From a virus, in IMG/VR virus record IMGVR_UViG_3300012521_000001, positions 1 through 47,186 of that record: DNA of 47,186 nt; one strand, 5' to 3'. Position numbers and translations under genes: made by a program. Within the stretch, counting starts at the first letter, position 1; each line of letters opens with the position of its first letter. This document shows positions 23,287 through 31,442 of the stretch, one piece after another. The notes beneath the pieces are model-generated. The model saw only the letters and a program-made list of their open reading frames with translations, ran no database searches and was not told where the DNA came from.

Positions 23287-24015
23287 ATGGTACGGTGTGA
23301 GATCTGTGGCAAGCGTCTGACCGATCCGCTCTCCGTGGAGCGGGGCATCGGTCCCGAGTGCTACGCCAAGGGACTCTCCGCAGCAGTGGTTGCGGAGCGC
23401 TTGGCGGAGCAAGTGGTAGAGGAACTGCCGGAAGGCATGATTCCTCTCAATGAAGCCTATCGTTGGTACAAAGAGCAGACCGATATCCCACCCACCCGTC
23501 TGCTCACCGCATGTGGGGGGAATCGCCAACTAATCCCCCCTATCTCCCCAATGTTCCAGATGGTGCGCTACAAGGGCAAGCGATATCTGCCCAAGGAGTG
23601 TATCTCCCAGGAAGCGCAAGATATGCTGGCTGCTATGGGCAAGCGCAAGGCCAAGCGCAAGCGCAAGACCAGTGCCGAGACCAAGCCCGAGGCCAAGCCC
23701 GAGACCAAGCCCGAGACCAAGGCCAAGCCCGAGGCCAAGGCCAAGGCCAAGGCCAAGGCCAAGGCCAAGGCCAAGACCAAGGCCGAGCCGACTCTGTCGC
23801 TGGAGGAGGCTCCCAGCAGCATTGCGCTGCCTGGCAAGAGCTTCATCGACCAGACGACGGGCCAGACATACATCTGGCCAAGCAAGAGTGAGGTGGCGCG
23901 GATGCGCCGTGAAGAGCTTGCCGACTTGTATGAGCGGCTGCTGGGAGTGCCACCAGCGGACGCGTTCGGCCGCAAGGACTTGGTCGATGCGATCGAGCAC
24001 CTGCGAGGTAAGTAA
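23287..24015 (+). CDS. Zn-ribbon (DUF6011-like) protein with a Lys/Ala/Pro/Glu low-complexity linker and a C-terminal SAP/Rho-N-like helix-extended-helix domain
   Basis: AAGGAG RBS before ATG 23287. CEICGKRLTDPLSVERGIGPEC. KPEAKPETKPETKAKPEAKAKAKAKAKAKAKTKA. C-terminal REELADLYERLLGV...RKDLVDAIEHL. Confidence 0.7.
   Translation: MVRCEICGKRLTDPLSVERGIGPECYAKGLSAAVVAERLAEQVVEELPEGMIPLNEAYRWYKEQTDIPPTRLLTACGGNRQLIPPISPMFQMVRYKGKRYLPKECISQEAQDMLAAMGKRKAKRKRKTSAETKPEAKPETKPETKAKPEAKAKAKAKAKAKAKTKAEPTLSLEEAPSSIALPGKSFIDQTTGQTYIWPSKSEVARMRREELADLYERLLGVPPADAFGRKDLVDAIEHLRGK
23734..23775 (+). repeat. (GCCAAG)7 hexanucleotide repeat encoding (AK)n within the CDS
   Basis: Counted directly. Degenerate units extend across roughly 23641-23790. 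Confidence 0.9.
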
Positions 24016-24035
24016 TCCCTCTCTTCGCCAGACCG

Positions 24036-24063
24036 TGGCCCAGCTCAGCCTGGGCCATATTTC
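24036..24063 (+). terminator. Hairpin terminator candidate
   Basis: tggcccag-ctcagc-ctgggcca followed by tattt. Confidence 0.5.
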
Positions 24064-24066
24064 CCA

Positions 24067-24115
24067 AAAATAGGCCAAAAGTACTATTTGCGGGAAAAGT
24101 TTACTGGCGTACAAT
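24067..24115 (+). promoter_or_regulatory. Repeated promoter-operator element P2
   Basis: aaaataggccaaaagtactatttgcgggaaaagtttactggcgtacaat is identical to P3 and P4. AAATAG-N10-CTATTT palindrome. -35 at 24088-24093 and -10 at 24110-24115. Confidence 0.75.
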
Positions 24116-24167
24116 AAGGTCAGTGTTGGGGGCAAAATGCCCATAGTGTGCTAAAGGAGAAAGGGAA

Positions 24168-24461
24168 ATGACGGAGAATCAGGTGTTCGAAGTGCAGTGG
24201 TATTGCGGCGATGGCGAGTACTTTGTGGCTCTGATGGATGCCGCCACCGCCACGGTGGTGGTGCGTGGCTGGACCACCCAGCCGGAAGGCTGGTTCGAAT
24301 GGGCCAGCAAGATCGGGTCACAGTACAACAGGTTCCGTCGGCGGGGCGCAAGCCCCACCGGTGCCGCCAAGGCGGCGAGGATGGCTGTGATGGCCGCAGG
24401 GCCGAGCACGACACCGTTCATGGAGCGGTGGGAACTCGTAAAGTTCCCTCCGCTGCCGTGA
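24168..24461 (+). CDS. Hypothetical protein (97 aa)
   Basis: AAAGGAGAAAGGG RBS. Trp-rich N-terminal half. No motif recognised. Confidence 0.65.
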   Translation: MTENQVFEVQWYCGDGEYFVALMDAATATVVVRGWTTQPEGWFEWASKIGSQYNRFRRRGASPTGAAKAARMAVMAAGPSTTPFMERWELVKFPPLP

Positions 24462-24538
24462 GGCTTCGGCAAAGGCACTGCCCCTTGCGGGTGGTGCCTT
24501 CAGCTATTCTATGGAGATGCGTAGATTCGGAGGCCAAA

Positions 24539-25192
24539 ATGATCAACAAACAAAAAATGTTCGAGATCCCGGCGGAGCCAGATGCTCTGGATCCATGGGA
24601 AGTTTACCTTGACCTGTACACAGAGGGAGACCACGCTGTCGCCGGCGTCACCGTGCCCACGGCCAAGAGCTTTCGCCTGGAGATGTGGTGCGGCGACTTG
24701 GACGAGGTCGTCGCAGCGGTCTGGGATTTGCTCAGTCGCTCCGACATTGCCTATGTCCCCAACTCTGAAGTCCAGCTCCTGCTGGACGAATCCCCCTGTC
24801 CAATCATCAGCATGTCCCGGATCATCGCTGAGTCCGGCATTCGCAAAAGCAGCGAGAGGTATGGGGTGGTCCAGGACGTCCTCGCTGGCCGAATGGGACC
24901 AGCATCGCTCCAAGTCGGTCGCAGTCTAGTCCAGATGCTTCTGGCTGCTGGAACCATCCACGAGAGAGCAGTGGACTACGCGAAGGACTATCTGCTGGCC
25001 GAATGGGTGTGGATCGATGCTATCGTGACCCACTACAAAGGCCAATGGCTGATGTGTCCCGATGGCACCTACAAGGTGCGCATTCGGGGCAACTCCGATG
25101 TGGTCGAAGCCCTAGTGTATGAACTGGGCGACGACCTTATCGATGTCCAGCAGGATGGCCTAGATCTGCTACTGGTCTTCGGACCGCTATAG
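24539..25192 (+). CDS. Hypothetical protein (217 aa)
   Basis: GGAGG RBS before ATG 24539. The 24197 version is an Arg-rich alternative-frame overlap of the preceding gene. Confidence 0.65.
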   Translation: MINKQKMFEIPAEPDALDPWEVYLDLYTEGDHAVAGVTVPTAKSFRLEMWCGDLDEVVAAVWDLLSRSDIAYVPNSEVQLLLDESPCPIISMSRIIAESGIRKSSERYGVVQDVLAGRMGPASLQVGRSLVQMLLAAGTIHERAVDYAKDYLLAEWVWIDAIVTHYKGQWLMCPDGTYKVRIRGNSDVVEALVYELGDDLIDVQQDGLDLLLVFGPL

Positions 25193-25254
25193 CAATCGAC
25201 TGGGTGCTGGGGCGGGCGGCAATCCCCGCCCCACTATGCTGAAGGAGGCTGAAG

Positions 25255-25515
25255 ATGGCAAAACGATACTACCAGGCGAGACAGCGCCTCAAGAACGCGG
25301 TGCTGGAAGAGGCACTCCGTCGCATCCGGAATGGGCAGGTGGCTGGTCCGCTGAAGATCGCGTGGGTACAGGAGATTGTGGACCAACAGGTTGACCGGAT
25401 GAAGCCGGAATTGCGCAAGGAGTGGGATGCTGCCACTGAGCGCCAGAAGAAGCAGCTCGCCAGGGAGTGCTGGCACAATCTTCGTCTGGCCATCCGACTG
25501 AGTCGTGAGTTCTGA
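25255..25515 (+). CDS. Hypothetical basic helical protein (86 aa)
   Basis: GAAGGAGG RBS. It is preceded by a GC hairpin, ggggcggg...cccgcccc (25209-25232). Confidence 0.6.
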   Translation: MAKRYYQARQRLKNAVLEEALRRIRNGQVAGPLKIAWVQEIVDQQVDRMKPELRKEWDAATERQKKQLARECWHNLRLAIRLSREF

Positions 25516-25546
25516 GTGAGCTCTTCCCCACTGTGCTTTTGGCCTG

Positions 25547-25595
25547 AAAATAGGCCAAAAGTACTATTTGCGGGAAAAGTTTACTGGCGTACAAT
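25547..25595 (+). promoter_or_regulatory. Repeated promoter-operator element P3
   Basis: Identical 49-mer. -35 at 25568-25573 and -10 at 25590-25595. Identity to P4 continues about 30 nt into the leader (aaaggtagaaga.tggccc.ct.gagaggcc). Confidence 0.75.
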
Positions 25596-25652
25596 AAAGG
25601 TAGAAGAATGGCCCACTTGAGAGGCCCCAGAATGGACAAAGGAGCGAAAGAA

Positions 25653-26249
25653 ATGGCCAACAATAAGTTCCAGGAAGTGAACGTGGGGGATTTCATCACC
25701 CGTCCCGTGGATAACTGGATAAACCGAGGCCGTTTGCTGGCCAAGGTGGTGAAAGTAACGAAGACCCAGGTCACGGCCGAGGTGCTTCCCTCTGCGCAAA
25801 TCCGTGGCGGATACCAGGTGCGCATTAGCAAGCGCACCGGCAAGGAGATGGGGACTCGCTCCGCATTCTGGAGCATCACCGATGACCCGGAGCGTATCCA
25901 CGAGCTGAACCGTGAGGCTCAGCGTCTTGCCCAGCAGCGGATTGAGGAGCAGCAGCGACTCGAGTCTGAGAAGATGGCTGCAGTGAAGGCAGCCAATCCT
26001 CATGGGCTGGAGCCCACCATCCTCCCGCAGGGCATCCGTATGATTGAGTGGCAGGACCGCCTCGGGCGGTGGAACTTGCTCTTCTACGCTGTGTCAGAGT
26101 ACACTTCGTGGAGTGGTTGGAAGGGGGTAGTTATCCACCCCACCAACTATGGTCCGAACAACTACAGCGAGGGCTTTTCGATGCCATCCAGCCAGCTTGG
26201 CGATAGCGAGGAAGACGCCGTGCTAAAACTGCTGGCACGCGAGTTTTAG
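25653..26249 (+). CDS. Hypothetical protein (198 aa) with a central coiled-coil
   Basis: AAAGGAG RBS before ATG 25653. An in-frame ATG at 25608 lies inside the conserved leader, so the alternative start cannot be excluded. Confidence 0.65.
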   Translation: MANNKFQEVNVGDFITRPVDNWINRGRLLAKVVKVTKTQVTAEVLPSAQIRGGYQVRISKRTGKEMGTRSAFWSITDDPERIHELNREAQRLAQQRIEEQQRLESEKMAAVKAANPHGLEPTILPQGIRMIEWQDRLGRWNLLFYAVSEYTSWSGWKGVVIHPTNYGPNNYSEGFSMPSSQLGDSEEDAVLKLLAREF

Positions 26250-26269
26250 CACCGGCTGGTCCAAAGCAG

Positions 26270-26300
26270 CAGGCTCCCCAAAAGGGAGCCTGTTTTGTTG
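26270..26300 (+). terminator. Rho-independent terminator
   Basis: caggctccc-caaaa-gggagcctg followed by ttttgttg. Confidence 0.85.
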
Positions 26301-26303
26301 GGA

Positions 26304-26352
26304 AAAATAGGCCAAAAGTACTATTTGCGGGAAAAGTTTACTGGCGTACAAT
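26304..26352 (+). promoter_or_regulatory. Repeated promoter-operator element P4
   Basis: Identical 49-mer. -35 at 26325-26330 and -10 at 26347-26352. Confidence 0.75.
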
Positions 26353-26406
26353 AAAGGTAGAAGAGTGGCCCGCTGGAGAGGCCACCGAGCTAAGAGGAGG
26401 ACCAAA

Positions 26407-26907
26407 ATGTCCCGCAACGAGAGCCAAATTCGCAAGACCATCGTCAAGACCGCTATCTTCAACCTAACCACCCCAGTCTACACCCGAGCAGTGGACCGTG
26501 AGGCTTGCGTCAGCGAGTGTTTCATGGTCGCAATCAACGATCCGGAGATGCGTGAATACATGGCCACCCGCACCGACCGTCAGGTCGCCCGCATGGGTGG
26601 GGACGTTAAGCGGGCGATCGATCGCCATTTCGATCGTCGGATCGTTCGGGAAGTGTACGTTTCCCATAACGATCTTGGCCACACCGGCCACAAAGTCTGC
26701 TTTGAGCGCAAACCACGCGGTGGTGGAGAAACCACCGCACGGTGGTATGGTGTGGATCGGGAAATCACCGCATCCAGCCTCAAACGGCTGAACCGGGCAA
26801 TGCTGAGCATTCAGACCAGTGCCCGGATTGAAGGCATCGCAGACGCTGAGTGGGTAGTTAGCACCGGCATCTTCAAGCAGGGGATGTATATCAGAATGTG
26901 GCGCTAA
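26407..26907 (+). CDS. Hypothetical protein (166 aa)
   Basis: AGAGGAGG RBS before ATG 26407. There is an in-frame GTG at 26365 in the conserved leader. Confidence 0.65.
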   Translation: MSRNESQIRKTIVKTAIFNLTTPVYTRAVDREACVSECFMVAINDPEMREYMATRTDRQVARMGGDVKRAIDRHFDRRIVREVYVSHNDLGHTGHKVCFERKPRGGGETTARWYGVDREITASSLKRLNRAMLSIQTSARIEGIADAEWVVSTGIFKQGMYIRMWR

Positions 26908-26932
26908 CGCCAAACTCCCTCCGCTCCACTCT

Positions 26933-26962
26933 GAGGCTCCCAAGTTGGAGCCTCTTTTATTT
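26933..26962 (+). terminator. Rho-independent terminator
   Basis: gaggctcc-caagtt-ggagcctc followed by ttttattt. Confidence 0.85.
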
Positions 26963-26967
26963 GCTGA

Positions 26968-27073
26968 CTGCAATTGCTGCAGTGGGGATAGGTGCTGTGC
27001 AATAGTGCAAGAAGGTATACCTCTATAGCCTAGCAAATAATCGCCCCAGCAGCACCCATTGCAGCAATGCAGG
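26968..27073. repeat. Intergenic repeat family R3, copy 2 (homologous to 21855-21959). It contains inverted CTGCA..TGCAG motifs.
   Basis: ctgcaattgctgcagtgggg (26968-26987) and cacccattgcagcaatgcagg (27053-27073) are inverted copies of each other. The block order matches copy 1. Confidence 0.7.
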
Positions 27074-27084
27074 AAACACATATT

Positions 27085-27112
27085 TTGGTTTTTGCCAGAA
27101 TGACGTTATAAT
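27085..27112 (+). promoter_or_regulatory. Candidate promoter for the packaging/structural operon (TTGGTT-N16-TATAAT)
   Basis: Consensus -10 TATAAT at 27107-27112 in an AT-rich patch, 55 nt upstream of the terS ATG. The -35 is weak. Confidence 0.45.
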
Positions 27113-27167
27113 AGTAGCAGAGCATCGTGCATCGGCAATCCAGCATGCCGCGGACGGCACCATCCCG

Positions 27168-27758
27168 ATGGGCAATAGGACGCTTCAGACTGCGTTCGAG
27201 GCCTGGGTTGGAGGTAACTCAAAGGCGGTAACTATGCGATCGACCACGAGCAAGGATGCAATCAACACGGCGCGGCGTCGCGAGATCGTGCTCGAATTGC
27301 GCAAGCAGGGCAAGACATACCGTGCAATTGCCGAAGCCGTGAGGCAGGAGTTGGGCGACGAACTCCCAGCAGGCTGGGATGAGCGATATGCCTACAAAGA
27401 TGTCAAGCGCGAGCTGGACCGTCTGCGGGATGAAATAGCAGAAGATGCGCAGATGATCAGACAGCTAGAGCTGGAGCGCCTTGACCTTGCGTTAGACGCG
27501 GTCCTTCCGATGGTCCGCAAAGGAAATCTGGGTGCGGTGGATCGCCTTATTCGTCTGAGCGAGTCGCGCCGCAAATTGCTTGGTCTCGACGCTCCGCAGC
27601 GCCAGGAAATGGCTGGTCCTGGTGGCGAGGCGCTACAGATGAATATCGCCGGAGTGCCAGGCGCGTCGCCCATTCCGATCACTATCCTGCATGTCATGCC
27701 ACCGGCCTCGGTGCAGGAAGAGGAGTCAGAGAGTGGCGCTGACAGCAATCGCGACTGA
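27168..27758 (+). CDS. terS: Terminase small subunit (HTH-containing)
   Basis: Lies immediately upstream of terL and overlaps it. HTH-like ELRKQGKTYRAIAEAV, followed by a coiled-coil oligomerisation-like region. The start is uncertain (alternative ATG at 27234). Confidence 0.65.
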   Translation: MGNRTLQTAFEAWVGGNSKAVTMRSTTSKDAINTARRREIVLELRKQGKTYRAIAEAVRQELGDELPAGWDERYAYKDVKRELDRLRDEIAEDAQMIRQLELERLDLALDAVLPMVRKGNLGAVDRLIRLSESRRKLLGLDAPQRQEMAGPGGEALQMNIAGVPGASPIPITILHVMPPASVQEEESESGADSNRD

Positions 27759-29148
27759 CCCGCCAGGCCTGTATCAGGTCTTCGAGCAGCAGACGCCGGC
27801 AGGACTGCAGCGCGGGGTGCGACTGCTTTTCCATGCGGGACAGTATCAGGCATGGAATAGCGAGCGCCGCATTGTTGCGATTATCTCAGGCACACAGGGC
27901 GGCAAGACTTCTTTCGCACCGTGGTGGTTGGTGCGCGAGATTGAGCAGTGCGGTCCGGGCGACTATCTGGCCGTTACGGCGACCTATGATCTGTTCAAGC
28001 TCAAGATGTTGCCAGAGATGCGCACGGTGTTTGAGCATCTGCTCGGCATCGCACGCTACTGGGCGGGCGATCAGGTCCTGGAGCTGTGCGAGCACGTGCA
28101 GGATCCAGTGAGTGGTGTGTGGGCACCGCGACGCGGCCAGTTTCTCGCGCGGCGTGCGAGCGACCCAATGTGGGCACGCATCATCCTGCGCTCGGCATCA
28201 TCGCCCGGTGGCCTGGAATCGGCGACTGCGAAGGCTGCGTGGCTGGATGAGGCAGGGCAGGACGAGTTCACTCTAGACGCATGGGAAGCAGTGCTGCGTC
28301 GTCTGGCGCTGACCCGTGGCCGTATTCTCATCACGACCACTCCCTACAATCTCGGCTGGCTCAAGCAGCAGGTGTACGACCGCTGGCGGCGGGGCGACAA
28401 GAACATTGACGTGATCCAGTTCCCGTCCGTGATGAACCCGGCCTTCTCGCGCGAAGAATTCGAGGAGCGCCGGCAGAAGATGGACGACTGGAAGTTCCGC
28501 ATGTTCTATGAGGGACAATTCGAGCGTCCGATTGGCTTGGTCTACTCTGCCTTCGTCGACGCGTACCGGCGCGAGGGCGGCCACAAGGTCGAGCCGTTCA
28601 GCCTGCCAGCGAAGTGGCCGCGCTACGTCGGCATCGACCCCGGTGGCGCGAACGTCGCAAAGATCTGGCTTGCACACGACACAGACGAGGACGTGCTGTA
28701 CCTGTACCGCGAGCAGCTCGATGGTGGCAAAAGCACGCCAGAGCACGTGACCGAGGCCAAGCGCATCGCGCAAGACAATGGCGAGCGTGTGGTGTTCTAC
28801 GTGGTCGGCCAGCCGTCTGAGAGCCAGGCGCGGCGCGACTGGCAGGCCGCTGGTGCGGACAATGTGATCGCCCCACCGGTGTCGGACGTGGAGAGCGGCA
28901 TTGACACGATGATCGGTCTGCTAAAGCAGCACCGACTGTTTGTCTTTGACACCTGCACCGGCACGCTCGACGAGCTGGCGACCTACAAGCGCAAGCTCGA
29001 CGAGCACGGGCAGCCGACAGACGTAATCGAGCACAAGGAGCGTTATCACCGTCTGGACGCGCTGCGTTATGCGGTGGTGGCCGTCGAGCGCCGACCGGCG
29101 GGTCGGGTGGCGACCGCGCCATCGGCGCTGACGCGGAGGCGTCGGTGA
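27733..29148 (+). CDS. terL: Terminase large subunit
   Basis: GAGGAG RBS before GTG 27733. Walker A SGTQGGKTS, Walker B AAWLDEAG, and a nuclease-domain segment YVGIDPGG. Confidence 0.9.
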   Translation: MALTAIATDPPGLYQVFEQQTPAGLQRGVRLLFHAGQYQAWNSERRIVAIISGTQGGKTSFAPWWLVREIEQCGPGDYLAVTATYDLFKLKMLPEMRTVFEHLLGIARYWAGDQVLELCEHVQDPVSGVWAPRRGQFLARRASDPMWARIILRSASSPGGLESATAKAAWLDEAGQDEFTLDAWEAVLRRLALTRGRILITTTPYNLGWLKQQVYDRWRRGDKNIDVIQFPSVMNPAFSREEFEERRQKMDDWKFRMFYEGQFERPIGLVYSAFVDAYRREGGHKVEPFSLPAKWPRYVGIDPGGANVAKIWLAHDTDEDVLYLYREQLDGGKSTPEHVTEAKRIAQDNGERVVFYVVGQPSESQARRDWQAAGADNVIAPPVSDVESGIDTMIGLLKQHRLFVFDTCTGTLDELATYKRKLDEHGQPTDVIEHKERYHRLDALRYAVVAVERRPAGRVATAPSALTRRRR

Positions 29149-30716
29149 TGAACATCTTACGGAGGCTAAGTCTTGCAATGCGCGCAGCGATTCTGACATT
29201 CCGCTATCCGGCACTGGCGCCGACCGGCAAGCCGGGCGCGCTGGCACGAGACGATTGGGGCAGCTACGAATATCGGCTGTTCCGCTACAGCTTCTACAAC
29301 TTGCTCTATCACAACAAGGTCTTTACGGTGCTGGAACATTATCGCCGGCAGCATTTGCGCGAGCGTGGTCTGTATCGTTTCACACGCCCGATCTACAATC
29401 CGATTTCCCGCCTCGTCGAGCTAGAGGCGGCCAAAGCCTATGGTGGTGCGCTGGACTGGGACGATTTCAGCCACGGCGCGATCCCGCTCCAGAATGCCGA
29501 CGATCGGATCATCGAGGCCGTCCGGCAGGTCTTCAAGTGGTCGAACTGGGGCCAGCGCAAATCGCTGTATGCGCGGAATGCATCGCGCTTCGGCGATGCG
29601 GCGATCAACATCGCGACCGATTTCCTGTCGCAGAAGGTGCGGCTGGAGCTACTGCACCCCGGTGTGATCAAGGAAGCAGAGTTCGGCCCGACTGGGTTTG
29701 TCAAGCGAGTCGTCATCGAGTATGAGCGCCAGGACCCGGCGGACGAGAAGCCCTGGCTCTACACGCTGGAGATCGACGAAGACCACTTTGCCACCTACCG
29801 GGACGGCGAGCCATATGCGGTCCATGCGGATCCGTTTGGCCGGCTGACCGCCGAGTGGGACAATCCGTATGGCTTTGTGCCGGTCGTGCTGGCGCAATCG
29901 ATGGACATCGGTGAAGGGTGGGGCGCGACTTCGTTCCATGCCAGTATCGAGAAGATTGAGGAAGCCAACGACCTTGCCAGTGTGCTGCACGACCAGGTGC
30001 GCAAGGCGGTCACCGCGCCGTATTACTTGGCCGGTGTGACGTCGCTCGACCAGATCAAAGAGGACGTGGCGACAGTCGGCGACGAGGACGACGAGGAAAG
30101 CGAGGAGGCGCGCAGCAGCGTGCCGGTCATCCTGGGGCCGGAAGGATCGTCGGCGCAGATCCTGGTCGCCAACATCAACATCGCCGATTCACTGCAGACA
30201 CTGGAACGGCTGCTGGTTGAGATTGAAGACGACATTCCGCAGCTTTCGCTCAATCGCATGCGCCGTGAGGGCGGCAACCTGACGTATCCTGGCGTGACGA
30301 CAGCTTACGACGACGCGATCAGCCGGATCCAGGAATTCCGCTCGAACATGGACGGTGGCTTGCTGCGCGCACTGCAGATGGCGATCTCCATTGGCGCATA
30401 TCACCGCCTCGACGGCTTCCGGCCCTTCTCGCTCGACAGCTACCGGCAGGGCGCGCTCGACTTCCAGATCGCCGAACGGCCGGTGGTGCGTGACAGTCTG
30501 TCGAAGCGCGATCAGATCGAGCTGTACACGCAGACGGACGCGCCCAATGAGTGGTCGTGGGAGCTGCTGGGTCGCAGTGCTGAGGATATTGCGATGGCCA
30601 AGATGCAGCAGGTCGACACAGCGCGGCAGGTGGCTGCGCAGCTCATCAGTGTGATGGCCGGCGACAACGGGCGGTCGCGGCTTGCGGCAGGAGATGACGA
30701 CGATGCCGGTGCCTAA
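29145..30716 (+). CDS. Portal protein
   Basis: 523 aa. Coupled to the terL stop codon (GTGATG). Acidic region DEDDEESEE. The call rests mainly on position and size. Confidence 0.75.
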   Translation: MMNILRRLSLAMRAAILTFRYPALAPTGKPGALARDDWGSYEYRLFRYSFYNLLYHNKVFTVLEHYRRQHLRERGLYRFTRPIYNPISRLVELEAAKAYGGALDWDDFSHGAIPLQNADDRIIEAVRQVFKWSNWGQRKSLYARNASRFGDAAINIATDFLSQKVRLELLHPGVIKEAEFGPTGFVKRVVIEYERQDPADEKPWLYTLEIDEDHFATYRDGEPYAVHADPFGRLTAEWDNPYGFVPVVLAQSMDIGEGWGATSFHASIEKIEEANDLASVLHDQVRKAVTAPYYLAGVTSLDQIKEDVATVGDEDDEESEEARSSVPVILGPEGSSAQILVANINIADSLQTLERLLVEIEDDIPQLSLNRMRREGGNLTYPGVTTAYDDAISRIQEFRSNMDGGLLRALQMAISIGAYHRLDGFRPFSLDSYRQGALDFQIAERPVVRDSLSKRDQIELYTQTDAPNEWSWELLGRSAEDIAMAKMQQVDTARQVAAQLISVMAGDNGRSRLAAGDDDDAGA

Positions 30717-31020
30717 GCTGCCTCTCGAGAGACTACTGGCCACTGCCGGTGTGCTGCGGCGCGCTCCGCTGGTCAGCGGCGCGGCGCGCGAGGTCATGGC
30801 GATGTTGCTGGAAGCGGCGACGCCAGACCGGCACAGTCTGGATCGAATCGAAGGCGAGCACGGTGAGAATGTGCGCCAGACGGCGCGGCTTGTTACGTCA
30901 CACACCAGCCGCGTGCTTCGGCGCGCAGCCGAGGGTCTGCGTGAGATCTCGGATGCGGAATGGGCTGAGCTGGTCGAGGAGGCCGCGCGCGATGAGGATC
31001 GGTTTGGGGGAGGTCTTTGA
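30694..31020 (+). CDS. Hypothetical protein
   Basis: Overlaps the portal 3' end. In-frame starts at 30682 (TTG), 30694 and 30703. Confidence 0.5.
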   Translation: MTTMPVPKLPLERLLATAGVLRRAPLVSGAAREVMAMLLEAATPDRHSLDRIEGEHGENVRQTARLVTSHTSRVLRRAAEGLREISDAEWAELVEEAARDEDRFGGGL

Positions 31021-31022
31021 GA

Positions 31023-31394
31023 ATGGGTGCAGTAGGCGGATCCATTACTATTCCGGCGGGCAGCAACGTGAGCACTGCCTACGGCAAGCTGGCGCACGCG
31101 CTGGCGCTTGCCATTCGGCTGCCGGCCGGCTTCCAGGGGATCGCGGCGGTGCGCACGAGCCGCGACGGTCTCGGAGCGGGGGAGCCGTTCTATTACTTCG
31201 ATGGGAGCGTGTGGAAGTCGGCGCAGATTGACCCGACGGGCATCACGCTTCCGGCATGGTTCCTGGTGCCGGTCGACGTTTATCCGGGGCACTACATCCA
31301 TCTGGAGACATTCACCGACGCGACCGAGGGCACGGCGCAGAACCAGACGGCTGACCGGGTGATCCAGATCATGGGCGTCGCACCCAATTATTAG
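31023..31394 (+). CDS. Hypothetical virion-module protein
   Basis: GGGGGAGG RBS. No motif recognised. Confidence 0.55.
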   Translation: MGAVGGSITIPAGSNVSTAYGKLAHALALAIRLPAGFQGIAAVRTSRDGLGAGEPFYYFDGSVWKSAQIDPTGITLPAWFLVPVDVYPGHYIHLETFTDATEGTAQNQTADRVIQIMGVAPNY

Positions 31395-31442
31395 TGGAGC
31401 CTGCTGGTTGGGCTGATCCGCTGGTCGATGGGAGGGATTTAA

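Noticed and set aside
24197-24538. Long N-terminal extensions of several genes in the ORF track (24197, 15124, 18135, 10006, 34077, 13465, 22377, 39622 and 27691 starts)
   Set aside because: The extensions are Arg/Cys-rich alternative-frame read-through of the upstream gene. In each case an internal ATG or GTG is preceded by a strong GGAGG-type RBS at 5-9 nt, and I used that start instead.
25608-25652. Conserved upstream start codons in the P3/P4 leaders (ATG 25608, GTG 26365) giving MA(H/R)(L/W)RG(P/H)R N-termini, which would imply near-leaderless translation
   Set aside because: This is not fully excluded. However, the downstream ATGs (25653 and 26407) have strong AAAGGAG and AGAGGAGG RBSs. 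The homologous P2 leader contains an in-frame stop, which argues that the conserved leader is non-coding.
23177-26364. Possible CRISPR array suggested by four near-identical ~50-bp repeats
   Set aside because: The repeat spacing is 0.76-1.5 kb rather than 25-50 bp. The intervening DNA encodes RBS-led ORFs and terminators. The repeats contain -35/-10 hexamers, so they are promoters rather than CRISPR repeats.
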